DNA of 64,000 bases from an uncultured Gammaproteobacteria bacterium (GTDB lineage: Bacteria; Patescibacteriota; Microgenomatia; JALYQM01): assembly GCA_964403585.1 (NCBI GenBank), contig CAYOFQ010000002.1, positions 5,667 through 69,666 of the forward strand, in the 5' to 3' direction. Of the stretch, positions 36,911 through 47,409 are shown piece by piece. Position 1 is the stretch's first letter. Each line of letters opens with the position of its first letter. The notes under the pieces are model-generated. The model did no database searches. It was not told the origin of the DNA and worked only from the letters and a program-made list of their open reading frames with translations. A program made the translations under genes and the position numbers.

Positions 36911-36981
36911 CCATCTTTCATGCCTAAGCACAAAACTACCGTCATATTATAACGCACAAAGCCATTTCGCACAATTGAAGA

Positions 36982-37530
36982 TTATTGAGCGGTTTTCTCA
37001 AGAGGAAACTTCTTCGACACCCATTCTGCAGCCCGATCCACCGCTGAAGTATCCTTGCTGTCTTTCAGGATCAACCGTGTTCCAATTACCTGCTCGATTT
37101 GCTCCCGGGTAGCCGGCTCTCGCAACAATAAGTATATTGACCCGGGGAGACTGGCTTTAGTTCGCGCCACCATAATATCATTACCCCAGCGTTTCTCGAA
37201 CCAGTAGTACAGAAGATCCGGCCAGGCATAAAAGTGATTCCCGTTCTTAATTCCTGTCGTAAAAATTTCATTATCAATATCGTCAGGCGGAACGGTATAC
37301 AATACGTACACCAGAAAAACAAACGCAATCACTACGGCAATGACCAGGAACTCCCGCATAAAAAACAGGATCACAATAGATAAAATTGCCATAATAGTCA
37401 CTGTAGTGAAAAAATCTTTATCACGCTTTTTAAATGGGCGTGAAGGAGATCGCCATTGTAAAAGTAACTTTTTTTCTTCCTCAGGAACAATAGCTACCGT
37501 TGGTTGAGAGGAAACAGAAGAAGTGTCCAT
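36982..37530 (-). CDS. Membrane protein, unknown function
   Basis: 182 aa with two adjacent TM helices (AILSIVILFFMREFLVIAVVIAFVFLVYVLY). Confidence 0.45.
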   Translation of the reverse strand: MDTSSVSSQPTVAIVPEEEKKLLLQWRSPSRPFKKRDKDFFTTVTIMAILSIVILFFMREFLVIAVVIAFVFLVYVLYTVPPDDIDNEIFTTGIKNGNHFYAWPDLLYYWFEKRWGNDIMVARTKASLPGSIYLLLREPATREQIEQVIGTRLILKDSKDTSAVDRAAEWVSKKFPLEKTAQ

Positions 37531-37595
37531 AAGCGAATAAAAAGGATTATACTGAACACAGAATATCAGATGTGCGTAATAATGCGCAAGAGCTA

Positions 37596-39419
37596 TTATC
37601 CAAAAGTAAATGCAAAAACCTGAACACGATCATCTAAAAACTCTAATTCAATAGTCGCATCCGTCCATTCGGCAAAGGTAGCCAAATTGTATAACTTGGC
37701 AGCTTTCACCAGAAGTGAATTATCCCGAACGTCTTTACTGACATTTTTCTTATTAGTCCCCGTAACAGTGATCTTCACTCGCTTCCCATTTACCAATACT
37801 GTCTTAGGTTGTCCGTTCCCCTGACAATATTCACCTGTACAAACAAGCGAATCATCACCGGACGCAATAGGTACACTCACCCCGTCCGACATTACTAAAT
37901 TAATCTCTTTACCAATAAAATGGTAACGGAGTGTACTCCCCTTCTCTGCTTCAGCGTATTCAGGAGTTATTTTCCATCTCCCTCCTAAACTATACTGACT
38001 TGCCGACAAATCGTATCGCAATGAATAAGTGGAAAATGAATCCCGAACAACGCTTTCTTTTGACCTAAATTGCTCTTCATCTAATCGTGCGTAACCAACA
38101 TATGTCTCTGGACTAATATCCCGATCTACCACAACACCCGCTTCCTTAGTAAGTTCATAATCTGCCTGCACACCCCGCTCTGCCAATAATAACTGGATCG
38201 CCCGTTCCATATTCTCATAATCACCTTCTCCAAAATGATAGCGCCGGATTCTTCCCTGTGCATCAATCAGGTAATGTGCCGGCCAGTAATGGTTTTCATA
38301 CGCCCGCCAGGTACCAAAGTCATTATCCATCACCACCGGATACGTCAAACCAAAATCAGCAATTGCTTTCTCTACATTTTCCTGAACCTTTTCAAACGCA
38401 AATTCAGGCGAATGCACACCAATAACGGTGAAACCTTTATCTTTATATTTCTTATGCCAATCCTCAATATACGGCAATGTACGAATACAGTTAATACAGC
38501 TGTAGGTCCAAAAATCCACTAAAACAACGTTTCCCTGTAATGCTTTAAGTGTAAAAGGTTCCGGAGTATTCAACCATTTGGTTGGCTTTACAAACTCGGG
38601 AGCCGGACCGACATCTCTCAACAGAGTAGCGCTATCAAAACGGATATCACGTTGTGGAGTTCCCGGATTCTCACGAAGCTGCTGTAATTGACCCACAACC
38701 TCGCTACTCGATTCATACGAAGCTAAGGGGGTTAATACCCAACTCGGTAAACGCTGTACAATAAAAGTCTGAAAACGGCGGTCAATATTGAACACCAAAG
38801 CTAAAGCTGCCAGGATCATTACCACGCCAAAGAATTGTTGGATTCGCCCGGAATATTTATTAAGCAAACGGAAGCGACTTAATATCTCTTTACCACCATA
38901 CGCAATCATCAACAGCACCGAAGCGGATCCGCAAACATATGCAAAGGTTATCAAAACTGCCTCAATAGTTACTGACTGAGTCGCCACCAAAGTAATAACC
39001 GCCGCCAGTATTGGCCCTGCGCAGGGAACCCACAATAAACCGACTGTCAATCCAATCACTACCCCACCCCAAAATCCCGTCCGCTGTCCGACACTTCCCA
39101 CCTGCCCGCTCAACCGGGAAAAAACCCGCTCCGTGAACTGTGAAAAATACGGTACCACCATGGATAAACCAAACATAAATATTAGAACAATGGAAAGATT
39201 CCGCAGCAAATCCGGCGGCAAATTAAAACGATCTACTAATGCGGTTAAACCCAATGTAAAAAACGTAAAGCTGAAAATAAGTCCGAGGATAACCCCCAAC
39301 GGACGACGCGAACCACCAACAACAGTTGAAGATAGAACAATCGGTAAAATTGGCAATACACACGGTGTTAAAGCAGTAACAAATCCGGAAACAAAGGCAA
39401 AAATGAGAAGAAGTGCCAT
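37596..39419 (-). CDS. CcdA/DsbD-family cytochrome-c-biogenesis/disulfide-reductase membrane domain fused to TlpA-like thioredoxin domain
   Basis: 607 aa. N-terminal TM core ALTPCVLPILPIVLSS (DsbD/CcdA Cys). Thioredoxin fold VVLVDFWTYSCINCIRTLPYI (CxxC). C-terminal about 200-aa beta-rich domain. Confidence 0.7.
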   Translation of the reverse strand: MALLLIFAFVSGFVTALTPCVLPILPIVLSSTVVGGSRRPLGVILGLIFSFTFFTLGLTALVDRFNLPPDLLRNLSIVLIFMFGLSMVVPYFSQFTERVFSRLSGQVGSVGQRTGFWGGVVIGLTVGLLWVPCAGPILAAVITLVATQSVTIEAVLITFAYVCGSASVLLMIAYGGKEILSRFRLLNKYSGRIQQFFGVVMILAALALVFNIDRRFQTFIVQRLPSWVLTPLASYESSSEVVGQLQQLRENPGTPQRDIRFDSATLLRDVGPAPEFVKPTKWLNTPEPFTLKALQGNVVLVDFWTYSCINCIRTLPYIEDWHKKYKDKGFTVIGVHSPEFAFEKVQENVEKAIADFGLTYPVVMDNDFGTWRAYENHYWPAHYLIDAQGRIRRYHFGEGDYENMERAIQLLLAERGVQADYELTKEAGVVVDRDISPETYVGYARLDEEQFRSKESVVRDSFSTYSLRYDLSASQYSLGGRWKITPEYAEAEKGSTLRYHFIGKEINLVMSDGVSVPIASGDDSLVCTGEYCQGNGQPKTVLVNGKRVKITVTGTNKKNVSKDVRDNSLLVKAAKLYNLATFAEWTDATIELEFLDDRVQVFAFTFG

Positions 39420-39518
39420 ACTTCAGTATAGCATAGTGCGGAGAGGATTGGGCGATATTTGAACTTTTCTAAGTCAATCCTCTTGTGCATAAAACAGAAA
39501 AATTCGTAAGATATTATT

Positions 39519-40343
39519 ATGGCTAAGAAAAAGGGTGTCCAAAAATATTTTATACACCTAATTATAGCAGTTATATTAATAACCGGACTATATATAACTA
39601 TCTTCCTAAACCTCATCACTCCTCGTCATTCTAATAATATTAGACCTCAAAAAAATATAATAAATACGCCTACTTCTTCGTTCAAGGCAACTATTCTACC
39701 TATACCGACTCATACACCATATCCAATCAAATATAAAACTTATATAAACAATAAATCTGGGTTTTCTATAAAATATCCAGAAGTTACAGAAGCACTTTGG
39801 ACAGGTTGTGACGTTAATTCACAATCTTCAGGGATGACTAGCGGAATAATTCCAACAAAGTTAATCGAAGATCCGTCTAATGACACTATTTACCTCACCG
39901 TCACAAAATACGCCCATGTAGATATGATAAAAACCGCAAACAGTATGGTTAATGATCCTACATCGTGTAAAGTTGAGGAGGTAAATTTAAACCTAGTAAA
40001 AAATGGATATACTCAAAAACCATACGGACCAAATTATCCTAAACATACAAAGTTCATCTATAAGCAGATCAATAACGATAAAGACTTATCAGCTTTCGCT
40101 CAAGAGGTATATGGGGACAAATGTAATAACATAACAAAAATTCCATCTAACGAACTTAAGGGTATTTACAATATAGAATTTAATAATAGAAACCCAGATA
40201 CCGGATGCTGGATAGGAGCTGTTATCCGCTTTATATATTCACCTAAAAACAGGTTAGCAGTTACTTGGATCTTAGGACATGAACCACCATATCAAATATA
40301 CGGGCAAGTCCACGAGCTAGAAGTTAACTTTTTACAACATTAA
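39519..40343 (+). CDS. Hypothetical secreted/membrane-anchored protein
   Basis: 274 aa with an N-terminal TM anchor. No recognised domain. Confidence 0.45.
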   Translation: MAKKKGVQKYFIHLIIAVILITGLYITIFLNLITPRHSNNIRPQKNIINTPTSSFKATILPIPTHTPYPIKYKTYINNKSGFSIKYPEVTEALWTGCDVNSQSSGMTSGIIPTKLIEDPSNDTIYLTVTKYAHVDMIKTANSMVNDPTSCKVEEVNLNLVKNGYTQKPYGPNYPKHTKFIYKQINNDKDLSAFAQEVYGDKCNNITKIPSNELKGIYNIEFNNRNPDTGCWIGAVIRFIYSPKNRLAVTWILGHEPPYQIYGQVHELEVNFLQH

Positions 40344-40400
40344 CCCTACATTTACAGATTCTGTAAAGACCTCTTCTGTTATAAACTTGAAGACTACTGG

Positions 40401-40491
40401 CGGAGAGGGAGGGATTCGAACCCTCGATACGGGTTTAGGCCCATATAATTTCTTAGCAGGAAATCGCTTTCGTCCACTCAGCCACCTCTCC
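40401..40491 (-). tRNA. tRNA-Ser(GCU)
   Basis: GGAGAGG acceptor, anticodon arm AUUUC-CUGCUAA-GAAAU, long variable arm, T-arm GAGGGUUCGAAUCCCUC. Confidence 0.85.
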
Positions 40492-40552
40492 AAAGGTAAC
40501 CTGGAAACTTGAGGAAGTATATCACAAAACAGGCAGAAAATTCTCCCCCATC

Positions 40553-41380
40553 TTACGCAACCCGGTGACGAAGCCGTTTGAACTTGAACAAAAACCAGAT
40601 AAAAGCCACATAATAGACCATAATTGCCAGTTTCATCACACTGAATTCACGGTCAATCCCTACCAAACCCTTAAGCAAGTGTCCCACCATCGTTTCATCA
40701 TCAGGCAGGAAATTCAGTGGTATCGGCACAATACTGGACAAGTGAATATCACCATAAACCTCAAACAACTCCCCCAGTCCCCGCTGCACCAGAGCAGCAC
40801 CCGTTACCACAATTAAAGCCTCTGTGGCCTTAAAAATTTTACGGATCGGGAATTTGGTATACAGGAAGAATATAGCCAACCCAATCACGCTTGCACCGGC
40901 AAATCCCAAAAGCAATCCGACAAAATTCTGGAAAAAGACCGAAAAAAGCGCCGTACTGGCAGTAAATAAAGCTATCTCCGCCCCTTCACGAATCACCATA
41001 AAAAAGACCGTAAAAAAGAGCGAAAAATCAAACGCGTCCGGTCGAACACGTCCGGTTACCGTCGAAATCTGGTCACTATCCTTCTTTTTGAGGCGACCAT
41101 GTAAAGACAAAACTAAATAAACAATAAAGAACCCGGAGAAGGTCATTAAGTATCCCTCAAGCATATCCGCATTGCGTTCAGTCAACACCCCTCTGGCGAG
41201 ATCTCCAAACACATAGGTAAGACTGGAAAGAACTAATGAAAAGATCATTCCCACCCCGGCTGCCCAATAAATCTCACGCTCTTTTTTTAATTCAAGTTTC
41301 CGCGAAATCCCAAGGAAAACACCGGTAATCAGAAAGGCTTCTAAAAATTCACGAAAAGCAACAAGTGCAATAATTAACAT
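40553..41380 (-). CDS. FTR1-family high-affinity iron permease
   Basis: 275 aa with 7 TM and two RExxE motifs (FREFLEAFL and IREGAEIAL). Confidence 0.75.
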   Translation of the reverse strand: MLIIALVAFREFLEAFLITGVFLGISRKLELKKEREIYWAAGVGMIFSLVLSSLTYVFGDLARGVLTERNADMLEGYLMTFSGFFIVYLVLSLHGRLKKKDSDQISTVTGRVRPDAFDFSLFFTVFFMVIREGAEIALFTASTALFSVFFQNFVGLLLGFAGASVIGLAIFFLYTKFPIRKIFKATEALIVVTGAALVQRGLGELFEVYGDIHLSSIVPIPLNFLPDDETMVGHLLKGLVGIDREFSVMKLAIMVYYVAFIWFLFKFKRLRHRVA

Positions 41381-41452
41381 AGATCAACACTATACTAAAA
41401 ATAATATTTTGTGTATTTACAAATAAAACCCGAAGTAGTATAGTAACCTTGC

Positions 41453-42019
41453 ATGAGAAATACTCGTAAAACGCCCAACACTACTTGTGCTTACTGCCAA
41501 ATTCCTTTCTATAAAAAACCTTCAGAAATAAAAAAATATAAGCACACCTTTTGTTCGACTAAATGCTATGGAAAGTTTAGTAGCCACCCCTTAACTTGCA
41601 TTATCTGCGGAAAAGAATACCCAAGAAAATTTCACAAAAAAACCTGTAGCCGCAGCTGCGCTAATAAGCACCGAAGTGGAATAAAATATAAAGTAAATCG
41701 ACCAAGAGACAAAGTCGCTTACTCAACAGGGCTTAAAATACGCTTATTATCTGAAAGAGGCTCATCATGCCAAAGATGTAATTTCCCAAAAACAGAAATT
41801 TTAATTGTTCACCATAAAGACAGGGATAGGACCAACAACAACCTGAAAAATTTGGAGCTTATTTGCCCAAACTGTCATGCTGAAGAACACTATCTAGAAA
41901 AAAACTGGCTAAAAAGATATAATGTTCAGGAATTTAAAGAAAAGCTCCTTTTGAAAGAATCTGCTTACTTTATCTATCGTACGGAGAGGTCGCCTAGTGG
42001 TTTATGGCAGAAGTCTTGA
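41453..42019 (+). CDS. HNH endonuclease with N-terminal Cys-rich zinc ribbon
   Basis: HNH core ILIVHHKDRDRTNNNLKNLELICPNCHAEEH, plus multiple CxxC pairs N-terminally. The ORF's last ~12 codons run into the tRNA-Ser(UGA) gene, so the true C-terminus may be slightly shorter. Confidence 0.65.
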   Translation: MRNTRKTPNTTCAYCQIPFYKKPSEIKKYKHTFCSTKCYGKFSSHPLTCIICGKEYPRKFHKKTCSRSCANKHRSGIKYKVNRPRDKVAYSTGLKIRLLSERGSSCQRCNFPKTEILIVHHKDRDRTNNNLKNLELICPNCHAEEHYLEKNWLKRYNVQEFKEKLLLKESAYFIYRTERSPSGLWQKS

Positions 42020-42069
42020 AAACTTCCAGGTGATGAGCCTCGTGGGTTCGAATCCCACCCTCTCCGCCA
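41983..42069 (+). tRNA. tRNA-Ser(UGA), CCA encoded
   Basis: GGAGAGG acceptor, anticodon arm GAAGU-CUUGAAA-ACUUC, long variable arm, T-arm GUGGGUUCGAAUCCCAC, 3' CCA present. Confidence 0.85.
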
Positions 42070-42089
42070 TAATTTGATACAATACTTCC

Positions 42090-42875
42090 ATGTCTCATGA
42101 ACTAGAAATCATACTCCGGGCAATCCAAGAAGCTTCAAAAATCCACCGCAAGTATTTTCAGGACCCTAATCTTACACATACGCCAAAAGGATTATCAGAC
42201 TCAGTTTCTCAGGCAGATCTCGAATCAGAAAAGATAATTCTAGACATACTTACTAAAGAATTCCCTGATTATTCCTTTTTCTCTGAAGAATCCGGACTCT
42301 CGGAAAATAAATCGAACAATCAGTGGATCATCGATCCAATGGACGGATCAAGTAACTTCAAGCTTGGTTTAACAGAAATCGGTATAACTATAGCCTTGCT
42401 ATCAGAAGGCCAAATAATAGCCGGAGCAGTTGCCGCGCCTTTACTAAACATTCTTGCTTATGCCGAAACAGGCGGGGGAACGTATCTTAATGGCACTAAA
42501 ATTACTCCTGACTCAACACCTCAAAGTAACATCATCTCCTTAATTGCCGGATACGCGGCTGTAGAAAGCCAAACCAAGGTTTGGACTGGATTACAAGGCA
42601 AAGTCAAACGGATTCTAATGCAATGGGCACCAACCATAGATTCCTTACTATTGCTTTCCGGTAAAACCGATGCCTTAATATCGTTGGACAACGAAATAGA
42701 AGATCAAGCCGCAGCGCTACTACTCTTCAAAGAGGCCGGATTCACTACCCGCACACTGGATAATAAAGACTATGATCTGAACGAATTTTCACTCCTATTA
42801 CCCAAAATGGTCATCTCCCGTAATGAGGATATAAGTAACAGATTAATAGCTGAAGTTAATCAAAGCCTGCAATGA
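42090..42875 (+). CDS. Inositol monophosphatase family protein
   Basis: 261 aa. IMPase motif WIIDPMDGSSNF and FFSEESG. Confidence 0.8.
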   Translation: MSHELEIILRAIQEASKIHRKYFQDPNLTHTPKGLSDSVSQADLESEKIILDILTKEFPDYSFFSEESGLSENKSNNQWIIDPMDGSSNFKLGLTEIGITIALLSEGQIIAGAVAAPLLNILAYAETGGGTYLNGTKITPDSTPQSNIISLIAGYAAVESQTKVWTGLQGKVKRILMQWAPTIDSLLLLSGKTDALISLDNEIEDQAAALLLFKEAGFTTRTLDNKDYDLNEFSLLLPKMVISRNEDISNRLIAEVNQSLQ

Positions 42876-43666
42876 AACTCCTTAATATCAACATCGGCAT
42901 CAAAATAGACAACACCCCAGAAATTGCTGAGTTCATCAAGCAAACGAATGCCGACATTGTCGCCGTTCAGGAAATAGTTCGCCACCTTGAACCTTCCGTA
43001 TATGACCAATATAAAACAAAAGAAGGCATTGAAAAGATCGTTAACAACGTCTATCCATATAAGTTCTTCGGTCCGCTCTGGGTAACGGAAGCATTTAGAA
43101 AAAACGGCAAAATTCACCGTGATTTTAACGGTATAATTGAGCAAGGAAATGAAATTCTATCCAAATTTCCCATCACCGAAGCAACCAATGAGCATTACTA
43201 CAAATCCTATTCCTACGCACTTGATTGGACCAATTGGGAAGCAGAAGACCATGGGCGCGCCGTTCAAATTGTTGAAATTACCGTCAACAACAAACCATTA
43301 CAAATACTCAACTTACACGGAATATGGACAAAAGATAAGCTTGGAGATCAGCGAACCGACGCCGAATGCGAATATATTATTTCAGCTGCTCAACGGAAAA
43401 AAATACCAACTATTATTACCGGCGACTTTAACTTACTCCCCCACTCTAACTCAATAAAAATCATAAACAGTGAGTACAATAACTTAATCAAAAAATTCAA
43501 CATCACCAGCACCCGTCCGGAATTTAAAGACAACATCGATATAGGAAACAACGTGGTAGACTATATTTTTATAAGCAAAGATATCATAGTAAACAGCTTT
43601 GAAGTCATCCAGACTAATATTTCCGATCATTTACCACTTCTTCTTGATTTCGAGATTGAACAATAG
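42872..43666 (+). CDS. Endonuclease/exonuclease/phosphatase (EEP) family protein
   Basis: 264 aa. DIVAVQEI, ITGDFNL and SDHLPL catalytic motifs. Start overlaps the upstream stop. Confidence 0.75.
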   Translation: MKLLNINIGIKIDNTPEIAEFIKQTNADIVAVQEIVRHLEPSVYDQYKTKEGIEKIVNNVYPYKFFGPLWVTEAFRKNGKIHRDFNGIIEQGNEILSKFPITEATNEHYYKSYSYALDWTNWEAEDHGRAVQIVEITVNNKPLQILNLHGIWTKDKLGDQRTDAECEYIISAAQRKKIPTIITGDFNLLPHSNSIKIINSEYNNLIKKFNITSTRPEFKDNIDIGNNVVDYIFISKDIIVNSFEVIQTNISDHLPLLLDFEIEQ

Positions 43667-43671
43667 CAAGG

Positions 43672-44103
43672 CTACTGAGCACCACCCCACGCCACCGCTT
43701 GCACCTGTTTATATTCCGCCTCTTTACGGTCTATCATGCCATCACCCAAACGGGCTAATGCCAACGCCCGATGTGGAGCTTTTTGCAAAGTCATATCCAT
43801 CGCATATACTTGCATCTCTCTATATGCAGCTCCCACCGCGGCTACCCGACACAGCGATTCAACCGAATGAGGATTTTCCGGAGTCACACTCGCCCGCAAA
43901 GCCATCGCCGCTTCCATTCGTGCTTTAGTAGTTTCCTCAGTCCGTCCGTCTACAGCTTCATCTTTTACAACCGCCACTAAATACGTTGCTTCCAAAGGAG
44001 TCGGATTAATAAACGTAATCGCATCGCGAACAAGCGGCGGTAATTCTTCGACAGGATTTGGTTGTTGAGCTTCTTCTTCACCCATAACAGAATTATAATC
44101 CAC
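43672..44103 (-). CDS. Hypothetical protein (GC-rich, leaderless, TATAGTA box at -35)
   Basis: 143 aa, about 58% GC. Upstream minus strand reads gcgTATAGTAtttcgtggatTATAATtctgttATG. Confidence 0.45.
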   Translation of the reverse strand: MDYNSVMGEEEAQQPNPVEELPPLVRDAITFINPTPLEATYLVAVVKDEAVDGRTEETTKARMEAAMALRASVTPENPHSVESLCRVAAVGAAYREMQVYAMDMTLQKAPHRALALARLGDGMIDRKEAEYKQVQAVAWGGAQ

Positions 44104-44145
44104 GAAATACTATACGCAATAGCTGCCGGTTGGTATTATTAAACC

Positions 44146-44898
44146 ATGAACCTCAAACGACTACTCTTTTTAACAGTAATCACCTCTCTTAGTTTTAGTG
44201 CCTTTCTTGGAATCGTAGTTTTTCTCTTTGGAACCTTAAGTGAAACCGAAGGTCGCATAATCGGAACAACTTTTTTTGTAGGAATTTATTCTCTATCCGG
44301 ACTTGCGAGTTTCTCTCTCTACGAAAAAAAGAAATATCAAATACTCGCTACAGCAAACATTACCTTCGCAGCGGCAAGCTTCTTTATGACCGAACTGGTT
44401 TTATGGGATATACTGGACTTTGAGGACATCTGGCGGGCGGTTGCTGCAGCCGGCGTAATCGCCTATGCACTGGCACATATTTCGCTAGTAATGTTGGTCA
44501 ATCCCAAAAGCAACGTCGTAAAAACAATTCAAGTAGTAACTGCTGCTGCGATTGCACTGGTTGCAGGAATACTGAATATCCTGCTTTTTGAGATGATCAG
44601 CACATATAATAATGATGGCATCATCAGATTACTTGGTGTGTGTGCAATTCTCTCCGCTACCGGCACTATTCTGGGACCACTCATCAACAAAACTATCAAA
44701 AATCCCCATGAACAATTTACGTTAAACACTACTCCATCAACAATTCACCGCAGTGTAGCAAGTACTACCATCACTGAAACCGATCTGGGAATTACTACGG
44801 TCAAACATGCCATTACCGGAGAAAAGTTTCACCTGTTCAAAGAAGTAGATCAGACCACCAACAAAACCGAATTATTTATTGAACCCATCAACCAATAG
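44146..44898 (+). CDS. Polytopic membrane protein, unknown function
   Basis: 250 aa with about 6 TM helices. Confidence 0.5.
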   Translation: MNLKRLLFLTVITSLSFSAFLGIVVFLFGTLSETEGRIIGTTFFVGIYSLSGLASFSLYEKKKYQILATANITFAAASFFMTELVLWDILDFEDIWRAVAAAGVIAYALAHISLVMLVNPKSNVVKTIQVVTAAAIALVAGILNILLFEMISTYNNDGIIRLLGVCAILSATGTILGPLINKTIKNPHEQFTLNTTPSTIHRSVASTTITETDLGITTVKHAITGEKFHLFKEVDQTTNKTELFIEPINQ

Positions 44899-44916
44899 CA
44901 CCTCAGAGACAAAACC

Positions 44917-45534
44917 TTGCCCACTTGGTATACTACCCGCATGAATGACTTACTCAAAAAACCGGAAATTAAATATGGATTAATCATTGGCCTCGCAGTT
45001 GCGGCCTACGTATATGCAGAATATTTGTTGGGATTCCATGGAAAGTACGCAGATTTCGGCCGCTATACAGGCTATGCCTCTACCTTAATACCCGTAATTG
45101 GATTATATTATGCCATGAAGAAAAAGAAGGCTGAATTAAATAATACGATATCCTTTAAAGAGGCCTTTATGACAGGGTTAATTGCTAGCGCTATTGCCGC
45201 CGCTATCATCTCCGGATTTTTCTACCTGTATAACACCAAAATAAACCCTACCTGGATAGATAAAGCGGTCGATTCCGCCCGCAAGGAAATGGTTAAGGAA
45301 AAAGTCGATCCAAAGAAAATTGAAGAAAATATTAAGGACTTAAAACAAATATACAGCCCCCAGACACAGCTTACTGCGGTATTTGTCGGTACCTTCATTA
45401 ATGGAATGATTCTCAGTCTCATTTTAGCCGCTGTTATGGCCAGAAAACGCAAAAAAACAGACGCAGCTACTCAAACCGAAGAAGTAAAAGAAATAGAAAC
45501 AACCAAAGAAATAAAAACTGAAGATAAATCATGA
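44917..45534 (+). CDS. Membrane protein (DUF4199-like), C-terminal Lys/Glu-rich tail
   Basis: 205 aa with 4 TM helices. Assignment is by topology only. Confidence 0.4.
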   Translation: MPTWYTTRMNDLLKKPEIKYGLIIGLAVAAYVYAEYLLGFHGKYADFGRYTGYASTLIPVIGLYYAMKKKKAELNNTISFKEAFMTGLIASAIAAAIISGFFYLYNTKINPTWIDKAVDSARKEMVKEKVDPKKIEENIKDLKQIYSPQTQLTAVFVGTFINGMILSLILAAVMARKRKKTDAATQTEEVKEIETTKEIKTEDKS

Positions 45535-46310
45535 ACAAAACAGTCCTGATCACAGGAGCTTCCGGTGGACTCGGCTATGCGTTCGCCAAGCTGTATGCTC
45601 AAAAGAACTACACACTTATTCTCACTGCTCGCAATCACCAACGATTAAATGACATTGCTGCAGAACTGCTGGCCCAACACCATGTTACAGTTATCACCAT
45701 TCCCAAAGATCTGTCACAGACCAACGCACCTCAAGAGATACATCAGGAGATCCAAAAAACTAACCACCAGGTTGACATACTTATTAATAACGCCGGATTC
45801 GGCAACTATGGAGAATTTGCCGATGTTGAGTGGTCGCGGCAGAGCAACCTGTTACAAGTGAACATCGTCGCGTTAACACACCTCACACACCTTATTAGTA
45901 GTGATATGAAGAAAAGAAACTCCGGTCAAATTCTAAATATTGCCTCAACAGCCGGATTCCTGCCTGGTCCACTGATGGCTACATATTATGCCAGTAAAGC
46001 CTATGTCGTATCGTTTTCCGAAGCCATCCATGAAGAATTAAAAAAATACGGCATTACGGTAACTTGCCTATGCCCGGGCGTCGTTAATACCGGTTTTGGC
46101 AAAAACGCCGGGGCGCAAAGTACCCGTTTATTTAATACCTTTCACCTTGAGCCGGACACAGTTGCCGAAATGGGATATACCGGACTGCAACAAAGAAAAA
46201 ATGTCGTAATTGTGAATTGGGTGAATAAATTCCTGATCACAGCCAGCAAATTCGTACCAATAACTCTTACGCTAAAGGCAGTACGCTATATCCAGGAAAG
46301 CAAAAATTAG
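45531..46310 (+). CDS. SDR-family short-chain dehydrogenase/reductase
   Basis: 259 aa. TGASGGLG NAD(P)-binding motif, NNAG, catalytic YxxxK (YYASKAY). Confidence 0.85.
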   Translation: MNKTVLITGASGGLGYAFAKLYAQKNYTLILTARNHQRLNDIAAELLAQHHVTVITIPKDLSQTNAPQEIHQEIQKTNHQVDILINNAGFGNYGEFADVEWSRQSNLLQVNIVALTHLTHLISSDMKKRNSGQILNIASTAGFLPGPLMATYYASKAYVVSFSEAIHEELKKYGITVTCLCPGVVNTGFGKNAGAQSTRLFNTFHLEPDTVAEMGYTGLQQRKNVVIVNWVNKFLITASKFVPITLTLKAVRYIQESKN

Positions 46311-47407
46311 CCAGTAGCCTGAAGAATAATTCCCTGTCCTTTTTTAGTAGTTAATACGAACGGAGCGTGGGAAATTTTTATCTTTTCCCGTAAACGATGT
46401 ATAAGTTGATCAAGTGCATCATCTGAATATTTGTCTTTCCACCCGTCTCCCCACACTACCCCGGCTAAAGCAGATCTGCTGATAAGCTCTCCTGCATGCA
46501 AAGTTAGATACCTGAAAATATCACCCTCTTGTCCCGTTAGCTCTTGAACTATTTTATTTTCCGCAACACTATATCCCTTAAGAACTAAATACCGGGATAG
46601 TAGCGGATTAAAAATCACTCCATCACAGGTAAAACCAAACTTTTCCAAGAATAACCTGTCTAAATAGGATCCACTTCCGGAGGCTAAAACTGCAACCTTG
46701 TCTTCGGGCAAATCAGTTAGGATGGATTCCAATCGTAACAATAGGGAATCCTGCTCAAGCAGATATGAAAGACTCCAGTCAGCCTGAGGATAATCTTTTC
46801 GTAAAAGATACAGTGATTTAATTAATCCGTCATGGCCACGACTCCACTCATAAATCTCCTTACTTTGCTCCAGTGTAAGCGAAAATGCATATCGCTCACT
46901 AAAGTTAGCAATCAGGCGAAGGGTATCATCAAAATCTAAATGGGTAAGCACAAACATCGACCGGGTCAAGCTCTTGTTACGCTTTTCTAATGCGGCATAG
47001 ACTGATTTAAGGTACGCGAGTGTTATGCATATAAATTTCATCTGTAAGGTCTCACGAACAGCATCAATTTCTGCGAATAAATCAGACACATCCTCACTGA
47101 GAGCCAAATCTACAACATAAACCGAGGGAGCTGAAGTTTCACACATTAACCGGACAAGTGATTCCATTTCTTCCCTGCTTTTTATCTTTACGGTAGTTAC
47201 ACGATAACTTCCACTCTCAGCGCGTAAAGCCTCACCAAGGGCATCGAAAACCACATTCTTACCCTCATCGGTCATGCTAATTATTGAACAGGGTTCCGCC
47301 TGCCGAATACGACTCAAAGCAAAATCCACGGCCTTCTGATGATGGTCGGTACACAGTTTTGGACCCGGTATTGCTTTTGGTATAGTCATAGCTCGTAATT
47401 GTATCAT
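46307..47407 (-). CDS. Transcriptional regulator with C-terminal OmpR/PhoB-type winged-helix DNA-binding domain and uncharacterised N-terminal domain
   Basis: 366 aa. The C-terminus LTGQEGDIFRYLTLHAGELISRSALAGVVWGDGWKDKYSDDALDQLIHRLREKI...FVLTTKKGQGIIL matches trans_reg_C. Confidence 0.6.
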   Translation of the reverse strand: MIQLRAMTIPKAIPGPKLCTDHHQKAVDFALSRIRQAEPCSIISMTDEGKNVVFDALGEALRAESGSYRVTTVKIKSREEMESLVRLMCETSAPSVYVVDLALSEDVSDLFAEIDAVRETLQMKFICITLAYLKSVYAALEKRNKSLTRSMFVLTHLDFDDTLRLIANFSERYAFSLTLEQSKEIYEWSRGHDGLIKSLYLLRKDYPQADWSLSYLLEQDSLLLRLESILTDLPEDKVAVLASGSGSYLDRLFLEKFGFTCDGVIFNPLLSRYLVLKGYSVAENKIVQELTGQEGDIFRYLTLHAGELISRSALAGVVWGDGWKDKYSDDALDQLIHRLREKIKISHAPFVLTTKKGQGIILQATG

Positions 47408-47409
47408 AG

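Noticed and set aside
41983-42019. HNH ORF continuing through the tRNA-Ser(UGA) 5' end
   Set aside because: The last ~12 codons (TERSPSGLWQKS) are a translation of the tRNA sequence. The overlap is an ORF-calling artefact or a short genuine overlap, not a tRNA-protein fusion.
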